Notes under the pieces: generated by a model
What the model saw: the letters and a program-made list of their open reading frames with translations, nothing else
The model's database searches: none
What the model was told of the DNA's origin: nothing
Shown: positions 53,370 through 63,200 of the stretch, in pieces
Numbering within the stretch: position 1 is the stretch's first letter
Layout of the letters: every line of letters starts with the position of its first letter
IMG/VR virus record: IMGVR_UViG_3300019776_000961
Span: 1 to 64,000 of that record
Source: a virus
Reading direction: 5' to 3' (one strand)
DNA: 64,000 bases
Position numbers and translations under genes: made by a program

Positions 53370-54803
53370 GTGAAGAGTTATTCGTTTGTACTTAATAGCA
53401 CACAAACTTTGGCTGATCCTGTTCTTGTTAACGGGTATATGTTCCTTGACCCTGTTTATGGTTATAGCTACACATACCCTCTTACTGATATAGGTGGTGA
53501 TTTTTCTGGTACTGGTAGCTACTCTGCAAGCGCTTATGCAGGTAAATTTTATCCTTGGGGCTATAATAAGCAAACAACAGTAACAATTCTTACAGCAGGT
53601 ACACTTAAAGGACCATATACTATAACCTTCTCACCATCAGGTCTTGATACTTCTGGGTATGCATTATTAAAAATAGTTTATGACTTCGGTGATGGAACAA
53701 GTTTTTCAACAGATAATAGTATTATCTATTCTGTAAAAGGTGCAGGTGGTAATGGTGTATCAGATCCTACAAAACAGAATGTAACGCACGATTATTGGCC
53801 TACAAATAATTACATAACAACATATACACCTACTGTCACTGTATTAAACGGTGATCTTTCTCTTAATATTTACAATATCTCTTTCAGTCTTGTTCCTGTT
53901 TCATTATTTGAACTCGATGATATTAGCATTATTAATGCAGCACAACATGTTAATAATATAGAGGAAACATTGGGTGTATTTGAAGTAAAGGGAATCAACT
54001 CTGTAACTAATGCACGTTATTTTAGTGCAGGCACAACTGATTATAACAATACAACAAATACTATATTAGCGGATTTTCAAGAAATTAGCGGATTAATATT
54101 AGATCTTGACGCATCGGATAGTTTATCAGTTATAAAAGATAGTAACAATAAAGTTACTATATGGAAGGACAAAACAGCGCAAGGAAATGATTTTATACAA
54201 TCTGATTACGCATCAGCGCCGAAATTTCTATATCCAAAACAAAGTGCTTGTGGTAGAAAGTCTGTACAATTTACATCAACCAGCGCTACATCAATCGCTA
54301 CATATCTTTCATGTATTAATACGACAGGATTTAGTAGTATGTCTAGTGGTTATACAGCGTTTTTTATTACTGCTGTTAATTCTGACACCGGTACTGTTTT
54401 CTATGGTGGTTCCTCACAAGACGTAGGTGCAAACTTAATTATTGAAGTATCACCTACTGACAGTATTACTACATATCAAGGGTATACAAGTGCATATATA
54501 CCAACAGTTTCTCGAATTCTACCGATTTATAGCTTATATACTGTAACAGCTGATAATTCTGGTACAATGATTGTAACATACGATCAACAAAAATATACCT
54601 TTAAGGGACTCAATACACAATTTGGTGCACTCACGTCAACAGCTTTTATTAGTCAGCCATATAACACACCGGTCTTTGTACCGTTGAAAGATACGGAGGT
54701 ATCACAGGTCTTAATTTACAATAGAGTTCTTACAACAGACGAATACAATGTCGTTTGTAACACATTAATTAATAACTGGTCACTCACTCTTCAGAGTGCT
54801 TAG
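53370..54803 (+). CDS. virion protein, PKD-like plus LamG-like domains
   Basis: YDFGDG...HDY; LDLDASD...WKDK...GND; VLIYNRVL. Confidence 0.65.
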   Translation: MKSYSFVLNSTQTLADPVLVNGYMFLDPVYGYSYTYPLTDIGGDFSGTGSYSASAYAGKFYPWGYNKQTTVTILTAGTLKGPYTITFSPSGLDTSGYALLKIVYDFGDGTSFSTDNSIIYSVKGAGGNGVSDPTKQNVTHDYWPTNNYITTYTPTVTVLNGDLSLNIYNISFSLVPVSLFELDDISIINAAQHVNNIEETLGVFEVKGINSVTNARYFSAGTTDYNNTTNTILADFQEISGLILDLDASDSLSVIKDSNNKVTIWKDKTAQGNDFIQSDYASAPKFLYPKQSACGRKSVQFTSTSATSIATYLSCINTTGFSSMSSGYTAFFITAVNSDTGTVFYGGSSQDVGANLIIEVSPTDSITTYQGYTSAYIPTVSRILPIYSLYTVTADNSGTMIVTYDQQKYTFKGLNTQFGALTSTAFISQPYNTPVFVPLKDTEVSQVLIYNRVLTTDEYNVVCNTLINNWSLTLQSA

Positions 54804-54829
54804 AGCTATACTGTAATATAAATAATAAC

Positions 54830-57800
54830 ATGGAGGTTGTCGCTCTTAGCTCAGTAAACTATATAGGTTTATCATCATCTTATATCGATGATGCAAAGCT
54901 TAAAATTAATCAAAATATCTTTTATACTGAAGATGGTTTAGAGATACCATATGTGCATGCATATGAAAATTTAAACGACAATACAATTAATAATTTTTCA
55001 AATTTATTTCTTACCGATACAAAATTACTCTCGAGTACATTTTATATAGAAGATCTCAAGCCAATCGAGGATCCTGGGTTTTCAACATATTTAATAACCA
55101 ATGCAATCGGTAATATCACCGATAATTCACGCTATCTCGTAGTACAGGAGCCTGGTATTGAAGAGAATACAGCGATCTGTACATTCACTGGTACACAAGC
55201 TCTATTTGATAATAGATACATGTTTGACATAGTATTTCTAAACGGTAGCTTATGTAAGATAACTCATGAAAATGAAAATATCACAAGATATCTTACAGTT
55301 GACTATTTGGGTAATTTAATTTTTACAAAGGACGTTCAAGCTGATTATCTCGGAGACTTGAGTCCACAAATTTTTTACTATACATATGACAGAAATAGTC
55401 AGTATATTACTTTTTGTACAAATGTAAATGATATTGTAAAGGTGTTGGCTTATGACCCTGCTACATTAAATTTTACTCTCAATGATTTTATCACAGGAGC
55501 TGATGTACCGTTTACAACAAGATCTATTTTTAGATGCTTGCCGAGACCTACAACACCAAATACGGCATATCTTTTTGATCCTTGGGTTTCATATAAAAAA
55601 GATCTCAAAACTAATACACAAAACATTAATAAAGAGAGTAGTTTTCAAGACGTAAAGTCTAATTTACTCATTAATAATGAATTCTATCCTGTAACAGGTT
55701 CTGAAATGCTCGTTAATGTCCTGTCTCTTAAGAATACAAGTACACCTGAAAATTACCAATCTCGTAATAATCCTTTTCAATCGAGTAAATCAACCCTATT
55801 AACCGGGTCACCTATTAATAATCGCGAATACAAGAGACTCTTTACAGGGTCTAATCAAAAATATGGTAATGATAATATTACTCTAGGTTATGAATCATAT
55901 ACTACAGATATTGTATTACAAGCTGACAATATTACCTATTTCCATATACCTTATAATTTCTTTCCCTTCATACAGCTCAATATTAATGATTCTGGTTTAA
56001 TTGAAGCAGGTAGTATTGCCGGTGATCACCCACTTAAAGCTGATAAAGTATTTAAAAAACTTACAAATGCTGAAAGCACGTCACCGTTTGGTGTAGTAAC
56101 AGATGAAGCTGATGGTTATTTTTTATGTAGCTGGCTTTCAGGTAACTGGGATGTAAACACAAAGCCTGTATGGATGGATAGATATTACAACCCATCAAAA
56201 ATATCTTTCTTTAGTGCACTCACAACTAATCCGTTTCAAGCAATTACATATACTTCACAAGCGGAGTGTCTATTTACAAGTGTTGCGAATATACTGGGTC
56301 ACGTTGATGTTTTTGATAAACCATCTGATTTAATTTTTGAGCCAAGTGCGTACTACGCATACCACCACTATGGTAAGAGTGGTGTACAAAAATATGTAAA
56401 CTCGCTTGAACCATTTTCGATTTCCGATAATTTTAATTCCTATCTTAATACAGATTATACACCTGTAATTACAAATAACCTCGTGCCTTCTACAAGTGCA
56501 TATGTGTTTGATGGTAACAGATACGCTATCACAAAGAGTCTTTCTGCAATTCAAAATAATGGTCAGTTTACATTGAGTTTCTGGGGATCTAATGAAGATT
56601 GGACAGTACCATTTGCTGAACAAATAATAGGTAATTATTCTAGCGATGGCTTTGGTATTTTTAATCAAAATATCATTACACCAACATTATTTGTTAATTC
56701 AATAACTGGTACGTACGTGTTAAACTCCGATCTCAAGCGTATCAAAACAATTCAATACGGTGGCGATACAGTATACAATGTAATTAAATTCTTACACACG
56801 GATGATTATTACGTAATGTTTAATAGTGGAAATTTTGCAAGATACAATAGTATCGATGATGCGATAAAAAATATCTACGATGTTAGATTACAGTATGCTA
56901 AAACAATTGATTATACTCAATCAACATTATATGTAGTATGTTCTGCTAAGCAGTATTCAACGACGCAATCAGACCAATTTATACTTGCTATCGATCTGCC
57001 AACAATGACAGTTGATGATATTACTCAAGATCTTCTTAATTATGAAACAGCAGTATTTGCTAACGATAGCAATGCGGGCTGGGATTGGAATCAACCTGCA
57101 ATTATCTCGCTCAATAACGCAAGTACAGTAGATTATTATGATAAAAAATTGTATTTAACACCAGGTGTAGTCTCCAGACGTGTTGATGATACGATATATT
57201 ATCTTAAAGATGGTGATACGATTGCACAATGGAGTCAAATCACTAACGCTACAGTTAATGCAGTAACTACAGCTTTTAAATCATATAATTCTGGTATCAT
57301 AGATTTTAATATTGACTTTGACGGTAATTTTTGGATTCTCGATAACAATAACAGTTATTATAAATTTACACCAGCTCGAGAATTTGTTCTTTCTGGTACA
57401 ACTACAAATAATAGCTTTTTTAATTATAAAATTGGATTTACTGCAGATCTTATTAATGGTGAATATAAGGAGCAAGTACTTCTCATGCAGCAAGGTAGCT
57501 TGAATATACCACCAAATCCGTTTAGTAACTATAACTACAATATTATAACTAATGACACACCTGCTCTTAATTTTGTAACTGATTATGGTGAAACAATGTA
57601 CGCTAGCTTGTATAGGTCTCTTTCAGCCCCTGGTTTATTATTGAGTATACTCGATACCAAAGGTCAGGTTCTATCAAGTAATACATATATATCACTAACC
57701 GGCTCCTCTTTTGAACCTACAAATTCAGAGTATTTACGTAAAATAGTTAGCGTTCAATACCCCACACCTAGCTTAAACGTAAAGACAGTAATGACAAATG

Positions 57801-58393
57801 TCTATAATTCTGATGACAAGTATTCAACCGATATTATATATTCGCTTACTGCTCTTGACCCAGGCATGCACCACTTTGCTGTACGTGTTGATACATATAA
57901 CGGGGTTAACACACTCTTCATTGATGGTCAAAAAATAGGTATTGTTCAATACCCGCCGAGAAAGTATCACTTCAATAATTTCGGTAATAGACCATTTCTC
58001 GCTGGTACAGCTGTATATAAAAATTCAATTCCATTATTTAACTATCTACAGAAAAAGGAAGGATTAGCTGTAAACCTTACAATGAGTAATGTTCATGTTT
58101 ATAACTCCGCACTTGTGGATGCTGATATCGCAATGCTTGCTCGTGAGCAAATGGGGATTAACGACATACACTTCAACGTACCATGTGGTAGAAGAAATTA
58201 TCTTGAAGAAGTAGAAAGATACTTCAAAGCTACGGTTCCAGGATCAAAATCTACATATTATAATCTAAATATTAAAAATTCAGGAATTTATAATAAAGGA
58301 TTACAAACAGCACTCGGACAGCGTCTTATCACTAAATTAAATGAGTTGGCTCCTGTACATACACAACTAAATAACATTAATTGGATCAACTAA
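54830..58393 (+). CDS. large virion structural protein with LamG-like domain
   Basis: 1187 aa; FTLSFW, HHFAVR...LFIDG, VHVYNSAL. Confidence 0.65.
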   Translation: MEVVALSSVNYIGLSSSYIDDAKLKINQNIFYTEDGLEIPYVHAYENLNDNTINNFSNLFLTDTKLLSSTFYIEDLKPIEDPGFSTYLITNAIGNITDNSRYLVVQEPGIEENTAICTFTGTQALFDNRYMFDIVFLNGSLCKITHENENITRYLTVDYLGNLIFTKDVQADYLGDLSPQIFYYTYDRNSQYITFCTNVNDIVKVLAYDPATLNFTLNDFITGADVPFTTRSIFRCLPRPTTPNTAYLFDPWVSYKKDLKTNTQNINKESSFQDVKSNLLINNEFYPVTGSEMLVNVLSLKNTSTPENYQSRNNPFQSSKSTLLTGSPINNREYKRLFTGSNQKYGNDNITLGYESYTTDIVLQADNITYFHIPYNFFPFIQLNINDSGLIEAGSIAGDHPLKADKVFKKLTNAESTSPFGVVTDEADGYFLCSWLSGNWDVNTKPVWMDRYYNPSKISFFSALTTNPFQAITYTSQAECLFTSVANILGHVDVFDKPSDLIFEPSAYYAYHHYGKSGVQKYVNSLEPFSISDNFNSYLNTDYTPVITNNLVPSTSAYVFDGNRYAITKSLSAIQNNGQFTLSFWGSNEDWTVPFAEQIIGNYSSDGFGIFNQNIITPTLFVNSITGTYVLNSDLKRIKTIQYGGDTVYNVIKFLHTDDYYVMFNSGNFARYNSIDDAIKNIYDVRLQYAKTIDYTQSTLYVVCSAKQYSTTQSDQFILAIDLPTMTVDDITQDLLNYETAVFANDSNAGWDWNQPAIISLNNASTVDYYDKKLYLTPGVVSRRVDDTIYYLKDGDTIAQWSQITNATVNAVTTAFKSYNSGIIDFNIDFDGNFWILDNNNSYYKFTPAREFVLSGTTTNNSFFNYKIGFTADLINGEYKEQVLLMQQGSLNIPPNPFSNYNYNIITNDTPALNFVTDYGETMYASLYRSLSAPGLLLSILDTKGQVLSSNTYISLTGSSFEPTNSEYLRKIVSVQYPTPSLNVKTVMTNVYNSDDKYSTDIIYSLTALDPGMHHFAVRVDTYNGVNTLFIDGQKIGIVQYPPRKYHFNNFGNRPFLAGTAVYKNSIPLFNYLQKKEGLAVNLTMSNVHVYNSALVDADIAMLAREQMGINDIHFNVPCGRRNYLEEVERYFKATVPGSKSTYYNLNIKNSGIYNKGLQTALGQRLITKLNELAPVHTQLNNINWIN

Positions 58394-60063
58394 TGAATAT
58401 TACAGAAGCAGTAAGTGCAGCAAATATTATATACGACCGTTATCTCGGAGCTACTCTCGCGCTTCCTTTTACTGGTTTTGATACTATAAAAATACAACCT
58501 AATGATGTAGCTATAGCACCTGTAATAAACCAGGCTTTTAGTAAATTATACACAAATTTTCTTTATCTCTACAAATCATCGAGAGTAGCGTCTGATATTA
58601 TACCCATTTCATCTGTAGGAGTTGCGGGAGTTAGTGCTAACTCAACTGATTTCCGCTGGTTTACTAATACCGATGGCTTGAGTACTAGTCAATTTATACC
58701 TCTCTCGACAGCTGTTGTATCAACATCAGCAATGTTTAATTTGTATAACCAGGATCAAATAATAGATATAGCTGTTGTACAGAACCGTGAGTCGAATAAC
58801 TTTTCTATCTTCACCACTACAGGTACTGATATCGTTGTTTATAATTCAGACAATCGATTTTTTAATAATACAATAGATAAAGACCTGTCAATAACACCTG
58901 TATTTAGTGCAAATCAAACATATAAAAATTCAGGTATCTATTGGAAGGGTATTAATGATTTTGCTTTTGGTGAAGAAAACTCTCTTTATGTATTAGATCT
59001 AAGCGCTAATAGAGTTGTAAAATACGATGCTTCTGGTTTTTTGACAGACGATACAGTAATGAAAAATACTCTTACATATGAGGATAGTATGGGTGGTTTA
59101 GGTACATATCTTGATCAAAACATGTTTAACGCTCCTCGCAGTATAGATGTATGTAACTCTGATTTATTTGTACTCGATTCAGGTAATGGTTGTGTAAAGC
59201 GTTATGATAAAGATCTTAACTGGCGCACTACATACCGTCTTTTTAGAGACTTTCTTTCTGCATATCCGGTACATCTATCCCACGATAGTAATGGCAATAT
59301 GTATGTACTTACAACGAATGAAACGATTCTTAGGTACGATAATAATTTTCAAAATAAAACAACTATATATCTTGACAACTTAAGTGCATTTGATAGTATC
59401 TATAAAAAAGTAATATTTTCAAAATATGATCCGAATATATTTTATGCTGTTGCATCAGAGGACATATTTAAACGGCTTGTAAGTGAACCAGATGAAGATG
59501 TAGGTAAGTATTTGTTCTATCTTTACAGAGTAAATACTGAAGAAGTATATACCGGGTTTGACACTATCTCTACTTTTAGCGGTGATATTAATATTGCGTT
59601 TAGTCAAAGTAATGGGGTTGGTAAATTTTCTGCTTGGTTTGATAATTTGAACCTCTTCGATGTACTCAATACAAAAGAATTTGATGTATATTCACTTGAG
59701 GATATAAAAATATCACATGCCGAATATTTACAAAACTGGGTATTCAATAAAGCATTATCAAAGTTAATTCTCAATCATATGAGATTACGAGATCAAATAT
59801 TCGGTAAATTTCTCTCACGTATAGATTCGTACGGCAATATAACATTCCGCGGTACACGTTATTTAACACCTGAAGAATACGCAACAATAAATTATTTTCA
59901 GCAGAACATTACAAATTATATAGGTATGAATGAAATTCTACAAAATAACATCATTAATAGATGTTTAGAGCAAATTTACAATGTACAGGTCGCTATGCTT
60001 AATATTTTACAAGCAGAAGCACAGATAAATTATGACCCAGGTCTCCCTGTATTTATCAATTGA
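58393..60063 (+). CDS. virion protein with NHL/6-bladed propeller region
   Basis: LYVLDLSANRVVKYD, FNAPRSID, LFVLDSGN. Confidence 0.65.
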   Translation: MNITEAVSAANIIYDRYLGATLALPFTGFDTIKIQPNDVAIAPVINQAFSKLYTNFLYLYKSSRVASDIIPISSVGVAGVSANSTDFRWFTNTDGLSTSQFIPLSTAVVSTSAMFNLYNQDQIIDIAVVQNRESNNFSIFTTTGTDIVVYNSDNRFFNNTIDKDLSITPVFSANQTYKNSGIYWKGINDFAFGEENSLYVLDLSANRVVKYDASGFLTDDTVMKNTLTYEDSMGGLGTYLDQNMFNAPRSIDVCNSDLFVLDSGNGCVKRYDKDLNWRTTYRLFRDFLSAYPVHLSHDSNGNMYVLTTNETILRYDNNFQNKTTIYLDNLSAFDSIYKKVIFSKYDPNIFYAVASEDIFKRLVSEPDEDVGKYLFYLYRVNTEEVYTGFDTISTFSGDINIAFSQSNGVGKFSAWFDNLNLFDVLNTKEFDVYSLEDIKISHAEYLQNWVFNKALSKLILNHMRLRDQIFGKFLSRIDSYGNITFRGTRYLTPEEYATINYFQQNITNYIGMNEILQNNIINRCLEQIYNVQVAMLNILQAEAQINYDPGLPVFIN

Positions 60064-60092
60064 TAACCATGGGGTTTTAATAAATATTTTCA

Positions 60093-60725
60093 ATGGCTAC
60101 TATTTCTGTAATTAAATTAAAAATACGTAGAGGCACCGATACACAGCGTAAGCAAGTTATTTTCGATAACGGTGAACTTGCATATGTAACGGACCCTGAC
60201 AGTCGTCGTCTTTTTGTTGGTGACGGTGTAACACCAGGTGGGATCAGTGCAAATATGAAGTTTTACCTAGGTAGTTTAACATCACCAGTTTCATTTAACA
60301 AATCACAGGTTGGTGATTTAATTTATAATACAGACAATTCATCACTCTATATACTTTCCGGTGTTAATGGAAGCGGATTTCCTGATTATACAAATCCAAA
60401 TGCTTATTTTAATGTGAGTCCATTAGTTGATAATAAGACAATTGCATATATTGGCGGTAATGTAACTGTTAATACAAACGGTGTCTCTGCAGCACAGCTT
60501 GCCTGGAATGCTCTTGATACAACACAGGGATTCTTTAGACCTTCGTCAACAGCACCCTTTAGAATCAATTACGATAATTATAGTATAAAAATTAATAACT
60601 CACAACAGTTGTATGTAAACCTACCGCTCGTTGATACTACAACACTTCCAAGAACAAATCCTGGTGTTGGATCCAATCTCTTATGGATTGATACAACCGC
60701 AGGCAATGTACTCAAAGTAGCATAA
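60093..60725 (+). CDS. fibre-type protein with Mtd_N/hyaluronidase-like N-terminal domain
   Basis: KLKIRRG...GELAY..D.RRLFVGDG. Confidence 0.7.
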   Translation: MATISVIKLKIRRGTDTQRKQVIFDNGELAYVTDPDSRRLFVGDGVTPGGISANMKFYLGSLTSPVSFNKSQVGDLIYNTDNSSLYILSGVNGSGFPDYTNPNAYFNVSPLVDNKTIAYIGGNVTVNTNGVSAAQLAWNALDTTQGFFRPSSTAPFRINYDNYSIKINNSQQLYVNLPLVDTTTLPRTNPGVGSNLLWIDTTAGNVLKVA

Positions 60726-60729
60726 TTTT

Positions 60730-62622
60730 ATGGCCTTTCAAATTACAAATGATACAGTAGTAAAGGTACTTGTTCGTAGAGGACAAGATTATGACCGTTT
60801 ACAAACATTACTTACAAGCGGTGAGTTGGGTTACTCTCAAGATACAGGTCGATTATTCGTAGGAGATGGTGTAACGCTTGGCGGTCTTCCTGTTAGTAAT
60901 CTTTTTTACGGTTTTGTAGCTAATAGAGCGAACTACACTACACTTGCACAGCCTGGTGACACATTATTTCAAACATCAGATAACACACTCTACGCTCTTA
61001 ACGGTGTTACCAGTACATGGCAATCATTGCATCCTGTTTTTGGTAACTGGTTTACCAAATATACAAACTATTACGATGTAAATTCAAACGCGCTTGCAGC
61101 CGGTCTTGTATACAGACCAGGTGTAAACAAATCATCAATTTACAGTACATCGAATATACTAGATTTTAATGCTTACTACATGTCATTGTGCGCAGCATAC
61201 TCAAGTTTTTACTTTGGTAACATTTATAATAAAACAGTATCTAATAATTTAGATGCTACCGTAAATGTAGCTCAAAGTCTATTTGTGAATGGTGTTGATA
61301 ATAATCCAAATCAACTTCAAATACTTGCAAAAGATGGTACAGGTAATAGCTTAATACAAGCGACACAGAATTATTTAAACGTTAACGGTCAGACAGGAAT
61401 AAATTTCTACACAAATGGATTTAAGAGTCTAGTACTCAATACAGGTAGTAACTTTGCATTTACACCTTCAGTAACTGGTACATATACATTGCCTAACTAT
61501 GTAGTTAAGGGTATTACACGTTATTACGACCCCGCTTACTATGATAGTAACGTTACTGTTAACGGTAGTCTGTCTGTACTCGGTGATATCTCATATCTAC
61601 AAACAAAGGTTACAACAACAAGTGCGTTGAGTGTAGTGACCACAAGTACAGGGATACCTGCAATGATTGTAAGTCAGCTAGCACCTGCAGCAAATCAAAT
61701 TATTGCTGAATTCAATGGTGCAGTATCACAAACACAAGGTAAGCCTGTTCTTATTGTTCGCGACGGGCCCTTTGTTGGTGTTAACGTTAGCACAGATACA
61801 CTTGGATCAACTACCAACGCAATGTTTGTTGTATCAGGTACAGCTATATTTGGTCAGGATAACGTTTCAGGTACAACAGACTCCTTTATTGTCAAAACAG
61901 GTACCGGTGGTGTTAATTTAACAACAAACGGTGGTGATATTACACATAATACAAATAATAATGTTACATTTACAGCACCTGGTGGTAATGCCGGTCTGTT
62001 TACACAAATTATTAACAATGCAGCTGCTACTGCAGGTGTTGCTCTTCAAATTGATGCTAGGTCAAACACAGAAGGATTTAGATTCCTACCATCTGCATCA
62101 ACAGGAAGCTATAATTCACTCGTTCGATCAGGTGATCAAGCTCTTATTTATTATAGCGGTGCAGGCGCTGATGGTTCTGGTGGCCTTGTTATCGGTCAGT
62201 GGAGTTCATCATCAGAAGGTATAAGAATTGATTCCAATGGTAATGTCGGTGTCGGTATTTATAACCCAAGTTATAAACTACATGTTAACGGTACATTAGG
62301 TGTTTCCGGTAATACAACAATTGCCGGTACAACATATTGTACAGGTGATATTATTGCTTTCTATACTTCTGACGAACGTCTTAAGGACAATGCTAAGCCA
62401 ATTGAATCAGCATTAGAAAAAGTTAAGAAAATTTCAGGCGTGGAATTTGATTGGAACGATAAGCAAAACATACATACCGGTCATGATGTCGGTGTACTCG
62501 CACAACAAATTGAGGCAGTATTGCCTGAAGCGGTCACAACCCGTGAAGATGGGTATAAGGCTGTAAAATACGAAAAAATAATTCCTCTCTTGATTGAAGC
62601 AATCAAAGAGCTAAGTAAATAG
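60730..62622 (+). CDS. tail fibre/spike with Mtd_N-like N-terminus and S74 chaperone
   Basis: LVRRG...GELGYSQDTGRLFVGDG; TSDERLKDN...GVLAQQIE...LIEAIKEL. Confidence 0.82.
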   Translation: MAFQITNDTVVKVLVRRGQDYDRLQTLLTSGELGYSQDTGRLFVGDGVTLGGLPVSNLFYGFVANRANYTTLAQPGDTLFQTSDNTLYALNGVTSTWQSLHPVFGNWFTKYTNYYDVNSNALAAGLVYRPGVNKSSIYSTSNILDFNAYYMSLCAAYSSFYFGNIYNKTVSNNLDATVNVAQSLFVNGVDNNPNQLQILAKDGTGNSLIQATQNYLNVNGQTGINFYTNGFKSLVLNTGSNFAFTPSVTGTYTLPNYVVKGITRYYDPAYYDSNVTVNGSLSVLGDISYLQTKVTTTSALSVVTTSTGIPAMIVSQLAPAANQIIAEFNGAVSQTQGKPVLIVRDGPFVGVNVSTDTLGSTTNAMFVVSGTAIFGQDNVSGTTDSFIVKTGTGGVNLTTNGGDITHNTNNNVTFTAPGGNAGLFTQIINNAAATAGVALQIDARSNTEGFRFLPSASTGSYNSLVRSGDQALIYYSGAGADGSGGLVIGQWSSSSEGIRIDSNGNVGVGIYNPSYKLHVNGTLGVSGNTTIAGTTYCTGDIIAFYTSDERLKDNAKPIESALEKVKKISGVEFDWNDKQNIHTGHDVGVLAQQIEAVLPEAVTTREDGYKAVKYEKIIPLLIEAIKELSK

Positions 62623-62626
62623 GTAT

Positions 62627-63199
62627 ATGGCACAGTTACCATTAGATGGACAGCAAATAAGTGTAAGTCAGATTAATGCTATTCGCGGAGCTGCTAATTC
62701 CAATACATCTTTAAAAACAGCTGAACTAGCAGTAATGGGTGACCCGAGTGCAACCGGTACAGCTAATATTGCAGCTGCAGGTGCTATATGTATGCCAGAA
62801 GAAATTGTTGACGAAACAACGCATGCATTGGCGCAAAATACCACAGGATGGACATACTATGGCCCTGGTCAAGCAGCAGCTTGGGCACCATATAGAATAG
62901 GAGAATTTCGTGCCGGTTACACCGGCAAACCAACTGTAACAGTAAAAACATTGCCATTAGGTACAATAAATAACTGCTCTGTAGTAATAACTGTAGGTGG
63001 CCAATTTGCTGGTACTAACACATATTATTATGCACTACGTGTTAATGGTGGTTCTATCGGCGCTTGGACAGCTATCGCAGGTAACGGTACAACGGTTACA
63101 TTAACCCCGAGAAGTAACGGAACATATACAGCCTTTGTAAGAGATTATCTTAACTGTGGCTCAAATTACGAATTTAGTTCAACAGCTACATACCCATAA
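62627..63199 (+). CDS. fibre-associated hypothetical protein
   Basis: 190 aa following the S74 fibre; QISVSQIN N-terminus. Confidence 0.55.
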   Translation: MAQLPLDGQQISVSQINAIRGAANSNTSLKTAELAVMGDPSATGTANIAAAGAICMPEEIVDETTHALAQNTTGWTYYGPGQAAAWAPYRIGEFRAGYTGKPTVTVKTLPLGTINNCSVVITVGGQFAGTNTYYYALRVNGGSIGAWTAIAGNGTTVTLTPRSNGTYTAFVRDYLNCGSNYEFSSTATYP

Positions 63200-63200
63200 A

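Larger units (their letters stand above)
3175..60086. promoter_or_regulatory. recurrent T4-like late promoter motif (TA)TAAATA (>=15 copies)
   Basis: Copies at 3175, 7638, 15850, 18498, 19565, 20891, 20986, 23864, 39631, 43223, 44801, 46209, 46883, 49189, 51900, 53359, 54819, 60081; minus strand 15835-15840 and 23404-23409. Confidence 0.75.

Noticed and set aside
4556-62622. Diversity-generating retroelement acting on Mtd_N-like or other fibres
   Set aside because: No reverse transcriptase in the window; the repeats between fibre genes do not show adenine-specific mismatches and lie in coding modules, not as a TR/VR pair.
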